Source: Intestinirhabdus alba
GTDB lineage: Bacteria > Pseudomonadota > Gammaproteobacteria > Enterobacterales > Enterobacteriaceae
NCBI RefSeq assembly: GCF_009711095.1
Contig: NZ_WMJZ01000019.1
Coordinates: 36,899 to 100,898, forward strand
DNA: 64,000 bases
Reading direction: 5' to 3'
The translations under genes were made by a program, and so were the position numbers. Below are positions 16,953 to 29,395 of this stretch, piece after piece; the stretch's first letter is position 1, and every line of letters begins with the position of its first letter. Under the pieces are notes generated by a model. The model worked only from the letters and a program-made list of their open reading frames with translations, was not told where the DNA came from and made no database searches.

Positions 16953-17429
16953 ATGAACTATGAGATAAAACAAGAGCAGAAACGCACTATCGCCGGCTTT
17001 CACCTGGTCGGGCCGTGGGAGCGGACGGTAAAGCAGGGCTTCGAACAGCTGATGAAGTGGGTCAGCGGCAAACAGATTGTCGGGCAGGAGTGGATCGCCG
17101 TCTACTTTGACAATCCGCAGCAGGTTCCGCCGGAAAAGCTGCGCTGCACAACCGCCATCGGCGTCGACCCTTCGTTTGTTGTGCCACCGGCCAGCGAAGG
17201 CGTCTCCCTGAGCGGGATTGACGGCGGGCTGTACGCGGTGGCTACCGTTCGCGTTGAGGACCATGATTTTACCACCCCCTGGCGGCAATTTTTCAACGAT
17301 CTGCTGCAGGACAGCGAGTACGCCATGTCCGCCAGCCCCTGTTTTGAGGTATATCTTAACGACGGGGCAAAAGAGGGCTACTGGGATCTGAGAATGTATG
17401 TGCCGGTACAGGCGAAGCCGCACCGGTGA
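16953..17429 (+). CDS. sbmC: DNA gyrase inhibitor (GyrI/SbmC)
   Basis: 158 aa ([23 protein letters not shown]...), GyrI-like domain. GGAGG SD upstream. Confidence 0.93.
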   Translation: MNYEIKQEQKRTIAGFHLVGPWERTVKQGFEQLMKWVSGKQIVGQEWIAVYFDNPQQVPPEKLRCTTAIGVDPSFVVPPASEGVSLSGIDGGLYAVATVRVEDHDFTTPWRQFFNDLLQDSEYAMSASPCFEVYLNDGAKEGYWDLRMYVPVQAKPHR

Positions 17430-17503
17430 GGAGAGAGATAAACCTCTCCGGCTCTTCCCCAATAGCATAAAGATGATGTTTTCCCGTCTTCCGGAGTGCC
17501 TGA

Positions 17504-18562
17504 GTGCGTGCCGATAAACCGCTAAGTTCATTTGAGATCCGTTTATATCGCCATTACCGCGTAGTACACGGCGTTCGCATTGCGCTGGCGTTTATCCTTA
17601 GCTTTCTGCTGGTTCGCCTGCTCGACGTTCCCGAAGGCACGTGGCCGCTGATCACCCTGGTGGTGATCATGGGGCCGATCTCCTTCTGGGGAAACGTGCT
17701 TCCCCGCGCCCTGGAGCGCATCGGGGGAACGATCCTCGGCTCTGCGCTGGGGCTGGTGGCGCTGTGGCTGGAGCTTTATTCGCTGCCGCTGATGCTGGCG
17801 TGGTGCGGGGTGGCGATGTTCCTCTGCGGCTGGCTGGCGCTGGGTAAAAAGCCTTACCAGGCGCTGCTGATCGGCATTACCCTCGCCGTGGTGGTGGGCG
17901 CGCCGCCGGGCGATATGACCACCGCGCTGTGGCGGGGCGGGGACGTCATCCTTGGTTCGCTGCTGGCGATGCTGTTTACCGGCATCTGGCCCCAGCGCGC
18001 GTTTATACACTGGCGCATACGGCTGGCGCACTGCATTACCGTCTGGAATCAGCTCTATCAGGCGGCCCTGTCGCCTAACCTTCTTGAGCGCCCGCGCCTG
18101 GAGAAACATCTGCAGCAGCTGCTGGCGGAGGTGGTCAAAATGCGCGGGCTTATCGCCCCCGCCAGCAAAGAGACCCATATTCAGAAGGCGATATTTGAGG
18201 CGATTCAGACCCTTAACCGCAACCTGGTTTGCCTGCTGGAGCTGCAGATTAACGCCCACTGGGCCACCCGCGCCAGCCATTACCTGATGCTGAACGCCCA
18301 TACCCTGCGCGAAACCCGGCAGCAGACCCGGCAGGCGCTGCTGACTCTTGTCCACGCCCTGTATGAAGGTAACCCGCAGCCGCTCTTTGCCAGCAGGCAG
18401 CAGCTGAGCGATATTGCCGCCGAGCTTCGCCAGCTTATCCGCGAGCATCAGGAAATCACCGTAGCCGAAACGCCCATTCACGGCTATGTTTGGCTAAGTA
18501 TGGAAACCGCGCGCCAGCTGGAGCTGCTGTCGCATTTGATCTGTCGCGTATACCCTAAATAG
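17504..18562 (+). CDS. yeeA: FUSC-family inner membrane protein
   Basis: 352 aa, collinear with E. coli YeeA (MRADK...SPFEIR.YRHYR). GTG start. Confidence 0.88.
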   Translation: MRADKPLSSFEIRLYRHYRVVHGVRIALAFILSFLLVRLLDVPEGTWPLITLVVIMGPISFWGNVLPRALERIGGTILGSALGLVALWLELYSLPLMLAWCGVAMFLCGWLALGKKPYQALLIGITLAVVVGAPPGDMTTALWRGGDVILGSLLAMLFTGIWPQRAFIHWRIRLAHCITVWNQLYQAALSPNLLERPRLEKHLQQLLAEVVKMRGLIAPASKETHIQKAIFEAIQTLNRNLVCLLELQINAHWATRASHYLMLNAHTLRETRQQTRQALLTLVHALYEGNPQPLFASRQQLSDIAAELRQLIREHQEITVAETPIHGYVWLSMETARQLELLSHLICRVYPK

Positions 18563-18941
18563 TGCGGCTGCGGCCGGAGTCGAAGGGGGAAATCGCACCG
18601 TAGCTGCTTCGATTCAGCAGGGATAAGAGGTATGATGCGTCAGGCAATGAACGCCGGGCAACGCAAAGGCCGACCCGGGGCAGCCTGAAGTATGACGGGT
18701 ATATCAGACCCGACGCCATGCGCGGTTCAGGAACGTTACGCCCTGGCGGGGTAAAAACCAGGCGTCTGTTGGCCGCGGCCCGGGCAAAAGCGTCCGGATG
18801 GGCCAGGTTTGGCCCACGAAGCCGCAGGCAACGCGCCGCTTAACCAGGGACGGGAAAACAGTTGTTATCTGCCACGGCTTTGCCCTAACGTATAAGCCGT
18901 TGCTTAAACGAATCCGAATCTCACATATCAGGGGTGTAAAA

Positions 18942-19277
18942 ATGGAAACAACCAGGCCTTCTTTCCAGGACGTGCTGGAATTTGTTCGTCTGTTCCGCCG
19001 TAAGAACAAGCTGCAGCGCGAAATCCAGGACGTAGAGAAAAAGATCCGTGACAACCAGAAGCGCGTGCTGCTGCTGGACAACCTGAGCGACTACATCAAG
19101 CCGGGCATGAGCGTGGAGGCGATTCAGGGCATTATCGCCAGCATGAAAAGCGACTATGAGGAGCGCGTTGACGATTACATCATCAAAAACGCCGAGATTT
19201 CCAAAGAGCGCCGCGAAATTTCTAAAAAGCTGAAAGCGATGGGCGAGCCCAAAAACAGCGAAACCAAAGCGGGCTGA
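18942..19277 (+). CDS. yeeX: DUF496 family protein YeeX
   Basis: ATG at 18942 ([30 protein letters not shown]...), 111 aa. The longer ORF in the track is an upstream extension without an RBS. Confidence 0.9.
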   Translation: METTRPSFQDVLEFVRLFRRKNKLQREIQDVEKKIRDNQKRVLLLDNLSDYIKPGMSVEAIQGIIASMKSDYEERVDDYIIKNAEISKERREISKKLKAMGEPKNSETKAG

Positions 19278-19393
19278 CGCTCTGCCGTAAAGGTCGCCCC
19301 CGGCTAATGCCGGTTACTTAAGCATTTTAATGAATATAAATTCATAATAATGCTTAGAAGAAATCAGGGATTCAGCCCTGTTTTACTTCATCA

Positions 19394-19424
19394 GAGGCCC
19401 GAATTCCCGGGCCTTATTTCTTTA
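19394..19424. terminator. terminator between yeeX and pduX
   Basis: Hairpin ggcccg-aattcc-cgggcc followed by TTATTTCTTT. A weaker hairpin (caggg-N-ccctg plus TTTTACTT) lies just upstream at 19365-19388. Confidence 0.6.
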
Positions 19425-19627
19425 GATGAACGGCATTAGCCCCCGGCGGCCTTTATTTTTGACGCCGGGCGCGCAGGGAGCGCCGGAACAAAATCAATAA
19501 AGGCAGATTAAGCGCCCGGCCCGTCAGGGCTATTTTGCATCCGGGCAGTCCCGCGCATCGCGTTTTGCACGTTCGCCCCCTGGGGTAAGCATGGCGGATC
19601 ATTTCACGTACTGCGCGCTCTCCGCGT

Positions 19628-20494
19628 TCAGCGTAGCCTGACCCCGCCCGCCACCATCCGCAGCAGATGCTGTTTCGGCCAGTGCGCCGTCAGCCCTCTG
19701 TGCCCCAGCGCCCATCGAATCAACGCCACGTCGTGACGCCGCCTGTCGAGCATCAGCCCGACGACGCTGCCGCTGTGCGCCACGCAAAGCCCGAACAGAT
19801 CGTTCTCCTCAACCAGCGCCAGCAGCGAAGCGAACTGCGGCTTCGGCAGCAGCGCCTGGCTGGCGATGGCGCTGAGGGTGGCCGCCTCCCCCAGCCGCCG
19901 TGGGCTTTGGGTTTGGCAGGCCTCCTGCACCTTCTCCCAGGCCTGATGCAGCGCGGCGGCTCCCGCCCGCAGCCCCTCTTCTCTGGGGAGGCGGTGATAA
20001 TCCGCCGTGCGCAGCGTGTTGGGGCTTTCAAGTACCAGCAGATCGAGACCGGGCTGCGTGGGGCAGGGGATCTGCGTGGAAGCATCGTTGTGGTCAAACA
20101 GGGTAAGCCGGTGAAAGAGGGTGCTGTCGGTCGGCTCCAGCGAAACGCAAAGCCGCGCCAGGGTGGCTTCATCCAGCCGGCGGCCGAGAAGATGTGCGGT
20201 GGCAACCGCCGTTGCCGCAATATCGGCGGTGCTGCTGGCCATTCCTCTGGCGACGGGAATGGTGGAGTGGACGTCGATGCGCAGCTCCCGGCTCCAGTCA
20301 GCCGGAAGCTGCCAGTGCTGCAGCAGCCTGTCGACCATCGCCCGCGACAGGGGGCGTTCGTTCGCCAGGGGCGTGCCGGCGCTGACCTCAACGGTGCTGA
20401 ACCAGTCCACCGGGCAGGAGATCAGCTTCTCGCTGCCCAGAATCCATCCCTGAATAAGCTCCCCGCACGAGGCGGGACATTGCGCAACGGCCAC
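19628..20494 (-). CDS. pduX: L-threonine kinase (GHMP kinase) of the B12 lower-ligand pathway
   Basis: 288 aa, GHMP kinase fold (CPASCGELIQGW; ATP-binding PVARGMASSTADIAA). Last gene of the pdu operon. Confidence 0.85.
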   Translation of the reverse strand: MAVAQCPASCGELIQGWILGSEKLISCPVDWFSTVEVSAGTPLANERPLSRAMVDRLLQHWQLPADWSRELRIDVHSTIPVARGMASSTADIAATAVATAHLLGRRLDEATLARLCVSLEPTDSTLFHRLTLFDHNDASTQIPCPTQPGLDLLVLESPNTLRTADYHRLPREEGLRAGAAALHQAWEKVQEACQTQSPRRLGEAATLSAIASQALLPKPQFASLLALVEENDLFGLCVAHSGSVVGLMLDRRRHDVALIRWALGHRGLTAHWPKQHLLRMVAGGVRLR

Positions 20495-20576
20495 CTGTTC
20501 ACCCTTCGCTCAGCAATTCCCGGCACATCATGTCATGCCGGGCGTGCTGCGGCTATGATTTGCCGCAAGGTGCCGG

Positions 20577-22210
<1,634 letters not shown>

Positions 22211-22214
22211 GGCG

Positions 22215-22556
22215 TCAGGTCCGGGTGATGGGGCAGGCGGTAAAGCGCAGCATTTCGCCCAGGGTGCGCGTCACCTGCTTCAGGGCGTACTCCACGGCGG
22301 AGACATCCCCGGTCAGCACCACCGCGCCGGTAAAGCGGTCAAGAAAGCCAATCTCCACCGCCCCGGACTTGGTGGCGATATCGCAGGCGATAATTGAGGC
22401 TTCGCTGGGGGTGATGGTCAGGATGCCGATGGCGGAAACGCTCTCCTGCAGCCCCAGCTTTTTAAACAGATCCTTGCCGGGGTTGGCAATCAGGTGCGCC
22501 AGCGTCACCTGTTTCCCCGGCACGTACTCCTGGATCATACGTTCGGTCGTTTCCAT
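22215..22556 (-). CDS. pduU: BMC shell protein PduU (permuted BMC domain)
   Basis: ATG at 22556 ([26 protein letters not shown]...). GGTGGAGGG SD, 1-nt overlap with the pduT stop. 113 aa, matching Salmonella PduU. Confidence 0.85.
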   Translation of the reverse strand: METTERMIQEYVPGKQVTLAHLIANPGKDLFKKLGLQESVSAIGILTITPSEASIIACDIATKSGAVEIGFLDRFTGAVVLTGDVSAVEYALKQVTRTLGEMLRFTACPITRT

Positions 22557-23110
22557 TAGCCCTCCACCATCTGACGCCACATCGCCTCGTGCGGCCGCGG
22601 GATCACGGAGCGACCAACCAGCAGGCCTCTCTCTCCGGCGCTTTCGCAGGCCACCGCCACGGCGTTATTGACGTCGGAGATCTCCCCGGCGACCACCATA
22701 TAGCACTTGCCGCCAATGCCGAACGCCATATGCACCCGAACGAGGGTGACGTTAGACGCCTTCACCGCCCGGTCGGCGGCGCTGATGCAGGCCGCCACGC
22801 TCCAGGTTTCGACAATCCCCACTGCCTGGCGCTGCTCAACGCTGTTCAGGCCGCTGATGGCCGGCAGCACGCTGGCGTGGATGTTGGCCAGCACCAGGCT
22901 GTCGACCAGCTTATCGCCCGCCAGCGCCTCGCCGGTGGCGATAGCCTGCTGCACCGCGCCGACGTCGCCGCCCAGCATCAGTAAAAATTTTCCCGGACAG
23001 AGGGTCTTACTGACCAGCAGATCCACATTGGCGCTCTTGAGCATCGCGTCACCGGCTTCCATCCCTTTGGCGATGCTGGTGAGTTCTAAAATACCTATAG
23101 CCTGAGACAT
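22556..23110 (-). CDS. pduT: BMC shell protein PduT (tandem BMC domains, Fe-S)
   Basis: 184 aa, two BMC repeats. Confidence 0.85.
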   Translation of the reverse strand: MSQAIGILELTSIAKGMEAGDAMLKSANVDLLVSKTLCPGKFLLMLGGDVGAVQQAIATGEALAGDKLVDSLVLANIHASVLPAISGLNSVEQRQAVGIVETWSVAACISAADRAVKASNVTLVRVHMAFGIGGKCYMVVAGEISDVNNAVAVACESAGERGLLVGRSVIPRPHEAMWRQMVEG

Positions 23111-23112
23111 GG

Positions 23113-24468
23113 TTAACCTCTTACAACCGTGATGGACTGGTCGGTGATTTCACCGACGGTGCCGTCAATACTGGCGTGCACGGGCGCGCCCAGCGCCCCG
23201 TCGGGGATACTGGCCACGCGCTGGCCGCGAACGACGCGCTCGCCGGCCTGCACGCAGGGAAGGGCGCTGGCACCGATATGCTGGCGCAGCAGCAGCGTGA
23301 CCCGCTCCACCGGCGGCTCCTCTGGGGCGAGCGGGGCGTCGTGATACCACTCGCTAAGCCCCAGTTTGGCGATCAGCCGCTTCACCGGCACCAGACGATA
23401 TTTCGCCAGCTCGTCGGCTGGCCTGAGCGGCCCTTCATAGCGCTGGTTCTGCGCGCGCAGCTCGCGTTTGAGCATCCGGTTAATGCGCATCGGCGAGATG
23501 CCCACCGGGCAGGCCACGCTTTCGCAGACGTTGCACTCTGAGCAGGTGAGGGCGCTGAGCAGCAGCTGCGGCGTGGCGGCCTGCTGAAAGTTGACGGCGC
23601 GCACCAGCAGATGGGGCGACAGCTCGTGGCCGATAAGGTGCCGGGGGCAGAGATCGGTGCACAGGCGGCACTGCTCGCAGACGGTGCGCGCCACGGAAAG
23701 CACGGTGCGCTCATCCTGCAGCCGCCGCTGGATCAGCGGATGCGATTTCGGCAGCACCAGCAGGCCGCCGGTGGTTTTCGTCACCGGCGCGTCCAGCGAG
23801 GGCAGAAGCGCGCCCATCATCGGCCCGCCGTTGATAAAGCCCGGATCGTCAACCGTTGCCCCGCCCGCCAGCGCCAGCACGTCGCGCAGCGACATGCCGA
23901 TGGGAACGGTCACGGTCAGCGGTCTGGCCACCGCGCCGTTGACCGTCAGGGTACGGCGGGTTACCGGATATTCCTGCTCCACCGCCCTGGCGACGTTGAG
24001 CACGGTCTGCACATTGTTGACCACCACGCCGACGCTGACCGGCAGCGCGGCGGGGGGCACGCGACGTCCGGTGGCCAGCCAGATGGTCAGCACCTCGTCG
24101 CCGGCCGGGTAGACGTCCGGCAAGATATGCAGCCTGATTCCGGCGGAAAGCAGCGGGGTAAGGGCGTCAATGGCCTGGCGATATTTTTCCTTCAGGGCGA
24201 TAATCCCCTCGCTGGCTCCGGTGGCCTGCATCGCATAGCGTACGCCGCGAACCAGGCGCGCCGCCTGCTGCGCCATCAGCTGCTGGTCAACCTTCAGCAT
24301 CGGCTCACACTCGGCGGCGTTGACGAGGAAGGTGTCAACCTGCGCCTGCAGCTTGACGTGCGTCGGAAAACCCGCGCCTCCGGCACCCACGATGCCCGCG
24401 TCCCGCACCCGGTCGCGGATGGTCTGCGGATCAAGAAGAGCGGTTTCGACGTTCAGGGCCCTGTTCAT
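23113..24468 (-). CDS. pduS: cobalamin reductase PduS (RnfC/NuoF-like flavo-Fe-S protein)
   Basis: 451 aa with two CxxCxxCxxxCP ferredoxin motifs ([25 protein letters not shown]). Confidence 0.88.
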   Translation of the reverse strand: MNRALNVETALLDPQTIRDRVRDAGIVGAGGAGFPTHVKLQAQVDTFLVNAAECEPMLKVDQQLMAQQAARLVRGVRYAMQATGASEGIIALKEKYRQAIDALTPLLSAGIRLHILPDVYPAGDEVLTIWLATGRRVPPAALPVSVGVVVNNVQTVLNVARAVEQEYPVTRRTLTVNGAVARPLTVTVPIGMSLRDVLALAGGATVDDPGFINGGPMMGALLPSLDAPVTKTTGGLLVLPKSHPLIQRRLQDERTVLSVARTVCEQCRLCTDLCPRHLIGHELSPHLLVRAVNFQQAATPQLLLSALTCSECNVCESVACPVGISPMRINRMLKRELRAQNQRYEGPLRPADELAKYRLVPVKRLIAKLGLSEWYHDAPLAPEEPPVERVTLLLRQHIGASALPCVQAGERVVRGQRVASIPDGALGAPVHASIDGTVGEITDQSITVVRG

Positions 24469-25577
24469 AGCAGCTCCTCAAGCAGTTGCTGGATTGCGCG
24501 GGCGTCGGCGGCGCGCGGGTTGGTCCGCAGCGTGGCGTCCGCCAGCGCCGCCTGCACCATCGCCGGGATGCGCCGCGCCCACTCCGGTTTCGCCTCTTTT
24601 AGCGCGTCGGCAAGGCCGGGGATCGCGCACGCCCTTTTCAACTGCTCAACGTGGTAAATCAGCGCATTCAGCGCGCTGACGTCGTTGGCGTCATTGGCGC
24701 ACAGATGGCAGGCCTTCGCGAAGCGAACGTAGCGCTTCGCCGCGCGGGGATCCTGCGAGTTAAAGCGGATCACCGCGGTGAGCAGCAGGGCGTTCGCCAG
24801 CCCGTGCGGCAGATGAAACTGGCCGCCCAGCTGATGCGCTATCGCATGCGTCAGGCCCAGCCCGGCCTGGCTGAAGGCCATGCCGGCGAGGGTCGAGGCG
24901 TTGTGCATCTTTCCGCGGGTCGCCAGGCAGTCGCCTTTTTTCACCGCCACCGGCAGGTACTGAAAGACCAACTGCGCGGCCTTTTCCGCCAGCGCGTCGG
25001 TAAAGTCGCTGGCGCGCGATGAAACGTACGCCTCCAGCGCGTGGGTTAACACGTCCATGCCGGTGTTGGCGGTGATGGCGGGCGGCACGCTGGCCACCAG
25101 CGTCGGATCGAGGATCGCCATATCCGGATAGAGCGCGTTGTTGAACAGCGGGTACTTAATGCCCTTTTCCGGATCGCTGATAACGCAGGCGCTGGTTACT
25201 TCCGAGCCGGTGCCGCTGGTGGTCGGGATCGCCACGCAGGTTTCAATCTCAATGCCGGCCTGGCGGCTGAACCAGACGATGGCCTTGGCCGCATCCAGCG
25301 CCGAGCCGCCGCCGAAGCCGATCACCACCTCCGGGCGCAGGGCCTGCATCTGCGCGATGCCCTGCGCGACGATGCCGATGGTGGGGTCGGGGGTGATATC
25401 GCTGAAGACGCTGACGCGGTTACTCGTCGGCAGCGCCTCGCGCAGCATATCAATCAGCGGCGAGCGCGCCAGAAAGCCGTCGCAGATAATCCAGACGTGC
25501 TTGTGGCTGAAGCGCTGTAGCGCCTTCAGGCTTCCCTGACCGCTGTAGAGGCGGGTTTGCAGTGAAAAGGTCTTCAT
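24465..25577 (-). CDS. pduQ: 1-propanol dehydrogenase (Fe-ADH)
   Basis: ATG at 25577 (MKTFSLQTRLYSGQGSL...), 370 aa. The GTG at 25583 in the track is a 2-codon extension. Confidence 0.9.
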   Translation of the reverse strand: MKTFSLQTRLYSGQGSLKALQRFSHKHVWIICDGFLARSPLIDMLREALPTSNRVSVFSDITPDPTIGIVAQGIAQMQALRPEVVIGFGGGSALDAAKAIVWFSRQAGIEIETCVAIPTTSGTGSEVTSACVISDPEKGIKYPLFNNALYPDMAILDPTLVASVPPAITANTGMDVLTHALEAYVSSRASDFTDALAEKAAQLVFQYLPVAVKKGDCLATRGKMHNASTLAGMAFSQAGLGLTHAIAHQLGGQFHLPHGLANALLLTAVIRFNSQDPRAAKRYVRFAKACHLCANDANDVSALNALIYHVEQLKRACAIPGLADALKEAKPEWARRIPAMVQAALADATLRTNPRAADARAIQQLLEELL

Positions 25578-25587
25578 TACCACCTCA

Positions 25588-26982
25588 TCAGCGGATGGAA
25601 AAGCCGTTGGTCAGCACGCAGCGGCGCGAGCGGGCGAACGTGCGGGCTGAGGTGGTGCCTTCGCCGGTAGGGGTGGCGATGGTGAAGGTGGTGAAGCCTT
25701 CGCCGCCGACGCCGATACCCGCATAAGAGGGCCCGTTTTTAACGAAGATTGAGGTCTGCAGAGTGCGGGCGGCCAGGTTCAGACGCGACACGTTCTGCGA
25801 GTGCATAATGGCGGTATGGTGCAGGCCCTCTTCCACCTTCAGCGCCAGCGCCAGCGCGCCGTCAAAATCTTTCACCTTCACGACCGGCAGCATCGGCATC
25901 AGCTGTTCGCTGGAAACCCACGGATCGTCAGCGTTAACCACGGCGATCAGCAGGCGAGGGGCCTTTGCCGGCACCGCAATACCGGCGGCTTCCAGCATTG
26001 CCGACGGGCTTTTACCCACCAGCTTCTTGTTGGCCTGGCCTTCCGGCAGGCAGACGGCCCGCAGCTTATCGGTATCCGCCGGGCTGAGCAGCAGGGCACC
26101 GAAGTTCTGCATCTGCTGTACCAGGCGCTCCGCTACCGATTCCACCACGATCAGGCTCTTCTCGGCAATGCACGGCAGGTTGTAATCAAAGGACGCGCCG
26201 TTGATGATATCTTCCGCCGCCTTCACGATATCGGCGGTCTCATCCACGATGCAGGGCGGGTTACCTGCACCCGCACCGATGACCTTTTTACCGCTCTTCA
26301 TGCCCATCGCCACGATGCCCGGCCCGCCGGTAATCGCCAGCAGGGCGATTTTCGGGTGCGCCATCATCTGCTGGGTGGCCTCAAAGGTGGGTTCGGCGAC
26401 GGTGACCACCAGGTTGCGGATCCCGCAGCTGCGGAAGACGATCTCTTCCAGCATGGAGATGAGCTTCAGCGACACTTTTTTGGCACCCGGATGCGGGCTG
26501 AAGTAGACGGCGTTCCCCGCCGCCAGCATGCTGATGCTGTTATTGATGATGGTTTCCGTCGGGTTGGTGCTCGGCGCGACGGAGCCGATAACGCCGAACG
26601 GCGAGTATTCAAACAGCACCATCCCGCCGTCGCCGGTCAGGGCGGTGGTGGTGAGATCCTCGATTCCCGGCGTGTTGTCCAGCGCGGCCTGGTTTTTGAG
26701 GAACTTGTCCTCTTTATTGCCCATGCCGGTCTCGGCGGCGCTCTCCTCCGCCAGCGCCGCCAGGTGCGGCTTCAGCTCTTCGCGAATGGCGCTGATAATG
26801 GCGCTGCGGGTTTTCAGGGGACTTTGCTGATAGCGCAGAAAGGCCTGGTGCGCGGCATTAATGGCCTCGTCGACGCTGTTAAAAATACCGTTGCTCCGGG
26901 CACCGCTCGCGTCGCCTTTGGCCGGTGCCAGCTGCTCGCTCAGAATGTTGCGGATCAGTGTTTCGAGTTCAGATGTATTCAT
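25588..26982 (-). CDS. pduP: CoA-acylating propionaldehyde dehydrogenase
   Basis: 464 aa, aldehyde dehydrogenase (EutE/PduP class), catalytic Cys in NLPCIAEK. Confidence 0.92.
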   Translation of the reverse strand: MNTSELETLIRNILSEQLAPAKGDASGARSNGIFNSVDEAINAAHQAFLRYQQSPLKTRSAIISAIREELKPHLAALAEESAAETGMGNKEDKFLKNQAALDNTPGIEDLTTTALTGDGGMVLFEYSPFGVIGSVAPSTNPTETIINNSISMLAAGNAVYFSPHPGAKKVSLKLISMLEEIVFRSCGIRNLVVTVAEPTFEATQQMMAHPKIALLAITGGPGIVAMGMKSGKKVIGAGAGNPPCIVDETADIVKAAEDIINGASFDYNLPCIAEKSLIVVESVAERLVQQMQNFGALLLSPADTDKLRAVCLPEGQANKKLVGKSPSAMLEAAGIAVPAKAPRLLIAVVNADDPWVSSEQLMPMLPVVKVKDFDGALALALKVEEGLHHTAIMHSQNVSRLNLAARTLQTSIFVKNGPSYAGIGVGGEGFTTFTIATPTGEGTTSARTFARSRRCVLTNGFSIR

Positions 26983-27986
26983 TGATGTGTTCTCACGTTA
27001 ATTGCCGCAACGGCGGCCTGTGCAATGTCCATGTCCTGCTCAACGCTGCCGCCGCTGATGCCAATGCCGCCGACCAGGACGCCCTCGCGCCACAGCGGAA
27101 ACCCGCCGCCGAAGGTGATCACTTTGCCCTGCATATGGCTTTCCAGACCGTAGAGCGGCGCGCCGGGCTGTACCGCCGCCGCCAGCTCGTGGGTGGCGGT
27201 CTTCATCGCCACGGCGGTCCACGCCTTCTTCGGTGCCAGCTCGCTGCTGACCAGCAGCGCGTCCGGCATCCGCCAGGCGATGCTCTCTGTGCCGTTGGCG
27301 TCAACGATGCTGATAACCACGGGAACGCCCAGCGCCCCGGCCCGGCTAATGGCGGCGCGGGTCAGCTGGTGAAGTTCCTGAAAGGTGAGCGGCCCCGCGG
27401 ACTCTGTGACGGAGGAGGCGTCGGCGGAGGCCAGATAGCGTCGGGCGACCTCCTGAATAATTTTATTCTGCCGGGCGTCGTGATCTTCGGCGCGGGCCAG
27501 CGCGTACAGGCAGTCCGACAGGCGGTTGATGTAGCGCAACAGCACCTGCCTGACGGTCACCTCCGCGGCCAGTTCCACCAGACGCCGCTCGGCGCGGCGG
27601 GCCAGGGTGCGGGCGAAATGCAGGCGGCTGGCGGCCTCGCAGCGCCCCGGCAGAATAAAGCTGTGAACCGGCTCCACGCGCCCCATGGCGACGTCGATTG
27701 CGGTTTCCAGCGCGGCGATCTCTTCCGTGCTGATATAGCGTCGCCCCGGTGCGGGCTGCTCGCTTTCGCTGGCCAGCTCGGCGCTGAGCCAGAAAATCTG
27801 CAGCTGAATCGCCTCCAGCAGCTCGCGATGCTGCGTGTTGAGGGTGGCGCAGACGCAGAGGCTTAGCGCGGCGTTCAGCTCGTCGAGGGTGCCATAGGCC
27901 TCGACGCGCGGATGAGTTTTACTCACCCGCTGGCCGGTGAACAGCGCGGTGGTTCCCGCGTCGCCGGTTCGGGTATAAATCGCCAT
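26979..27986 (-). CDS. pduO: ATP:cob(I)alamin adenosyltransferase PduO (plus C-terminal DUF336)
   Basis: 335 aa. N-terminal PduO-type ATR (MAIYTRTGDAGTT) and a C-terminal GlcG/DUF336 domain. Confidence 0.9.
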   Translation of the reverse strand: MAIYTRTGDAGTTALFTGQRVSKTHPRVEAYGTLDELNAALSLCVCATLNTQHRELLEAIQLQIFWLSAELASESEQPAPGRRYISTEEIAALETAIDVAMGRVEPVHSFILPGRCEAASRLHFARTLARRAERRLVELAAEVTVRQVLLRYINRLSDCLYALARAEDHDARQNKIIQEVARRYLASADASSVTESAGPLTFQELHQLTRAAISRAGALGVPVVISIVDANGTESIAWRMPDALLVSSELAPKKAWTAVAMKTATHELAAAVQPGAPLYGLESHMQGKVITFGGGFPLWREGVLVGGIGISGGSVEQDMDIAQAAVAAINVRTHQ

Positions 27987-27995
27987 AACTCCCCC

Positions 27996-28271
27996 TTAGC
28001 GAGAAAGCGTGTCCACAATGCCGACCACCGCCAGATCGATGGCCTCATTGGGCGTGGAAAATACGTGTCTGGCGCTGGAGCCGCTGCTGAGCAGCACCAG
28101 CTCGCCAACGCCCGCGCCGACGGAGTCGACGGCCACCTCATCCCCGACGGTGGGCTGCGCGGCAAGCTCGCCGTCGGCGCTGACCCGCCGTACCAGCAAG
28201 AGCTTTTTCCCGACCAGAGAAGGGGATTTTTGCGTGGATACCACCGCGCCCGTTACACGTGCCAGATGCAT
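27996..28271 (-). CDS. pduN: BMC vertex pentamer (EutN/CcmL family)
   Basis: 91 aa. Confidence 0.88.
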   Translation of the reverse strand: MHLARVTGAVVSTQKSPSLVGKKLLLVRRVSADGELAAQPTVGDEVAVDSVGAGVGELVLLSSGSSARHVFSTPNEAIDLAVVGIVDTLSR

Positions 28272-28274
28272 GGT

Positions 28275-28766
28275 TCACTCCTGCTTAATGATGTGGATAT
28301 CGCGCGCGGCGGCGGCTTCGCGCGCCAGCGCGGTCACGATGCATTTCCGGCGCAGCACCAGCGTGCCGCCGGAGAGCCGGGCGACGTCAGCGTAGCTGAG
28401 CACGCCGTCCGGATGCGGTACGACCTCCCGCCCCTGCTCGTCGTACAGCCGCAGCGGCAGGCGGGCGAGGGCCTTCAGCGGCAGCGCTCGCAGCAGCCGC
28501 TGCTGTAGCGACAGCCGCACCCGCACCCCGGCCGCCAGCGCCTCATGAACGATCCGCGCCGCGGCGTCCGATGACCGCGGCTCCGCCAGCTGAGCCAGCA
28601 GCGGCAGATCCGCCTGCAGCACGTGCAGGGTGGCGTGGCGACAAATCAGCATGCGGGCGTCGGCTTCCCGCAGCTGCGCGACGCTGAGCGTCGCCGTACT
28701 TTCAGCGCGCCGCGCCAGGCGGGAGACCACCTCCGCGACGATGCGCTGCAGCAGTTCGCCGTTCAT
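28275..28766 (-). CDS. pduM: microcompartment structural protein PduM
   Basis: 163 aa. Position and sequence match PduM. Confidence 0.8.
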   Translation of the reverse strand: MNGELLQRIVAEVVSRLARRAESTATLSVAQLREADARMLICRHATLHVLQADLPLLAQLAEPRSSDAAARIVHEALAAGVRVRLSLQQRLLRALPLKALARLPLRLYDEQGREVVPHPDGVLSYADVARLSGGTLVLRRKCIVTALAREAAAARDIHIIKQE

Positions 28767-29395
28767 CGCGGCGTCACCAGCCGGGCGGTGGCGCGTGGGT
28801 TATCCGCGCCCGCCGCGTTGGCTTCGTCGGTATCGATATGCATCTCCAGCCGCATATCCGGCGAAACGCGCACCGCCACGTTGTCGAAGATCAGACGCCG
28901 TTCGTCACCCTCAATAGCCACGGAAACTTTGTCACCGTGGGTCACCCGCAGGATCAGCGCGTCCAGCGGCGACATGTGGATATGGCGCTGGGCGACGATC
29001 ACGCCCGACGTCAGCTCCAGCTCCGCCCAGGGGCTGACGAGCCGGATGCCCGGCGTTCCCTTGAGATCGCCGGACATGCGCAGCGGTGCCGCTACCCCCA
29101 GGGTTCGCGCGTCGGTACGGGAAATTTCCACCTGGCTTGCGCCGCGCAGCGGCCCCAGCAGGCGGACGTTCTTAAGCTGCCCCTTCGGGCCGACCAGCGT
29201 CAGGGTCTGTTCGGCGGCGTACTGGCCCGGCTGCAGCAGCGCTTTTTTCTCGCTGATAGGCTGGCCCGGAAAGAGCCGCTCATAGTCCTGCTGGCTGAGA
29301 TGGATATGTCGGTTAGAGACGCCCAGCGGAATCGGACGCTCCCGCATCTCATCCAGCACCTTGCTGACCGCGGTTTCCAGCAGTTGTTTATCCAT
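28763..29395 (-). CDS. pduL: phosphate propanoyltransferase
   Basis: 210 aa, PduL/EutD-like PTAC family. Confidence 0.88.
   Translation of the reverse strand: MDKQLLETAVSKVLDEMRERPIPLGVSNRHIHLSQQDYERLFPGQPISEKKALLQPGQYAAEQTLTLVGPKGQLKNVRLLGPLRGASQVEISRTDARTLGVAAPLRMSGDLKGTPGIRLVSPWAELELTSGVIVAQRHIHMSPLDALILRVTHGDKVSVAIEGDERRLIFDNVAVRVSPDMRLEMHIDTDEANAAGADNPRATARLVTPR

Noticed and set aside
16872-17531. 219-aa ORF antisense to sbmC and the sbmC-yeeA spacer
   Set aside because: It overlaps the well-supported sbmC gene. It has no RBS and Arg/Gly-rich nonsense composition typical of reverse frames.
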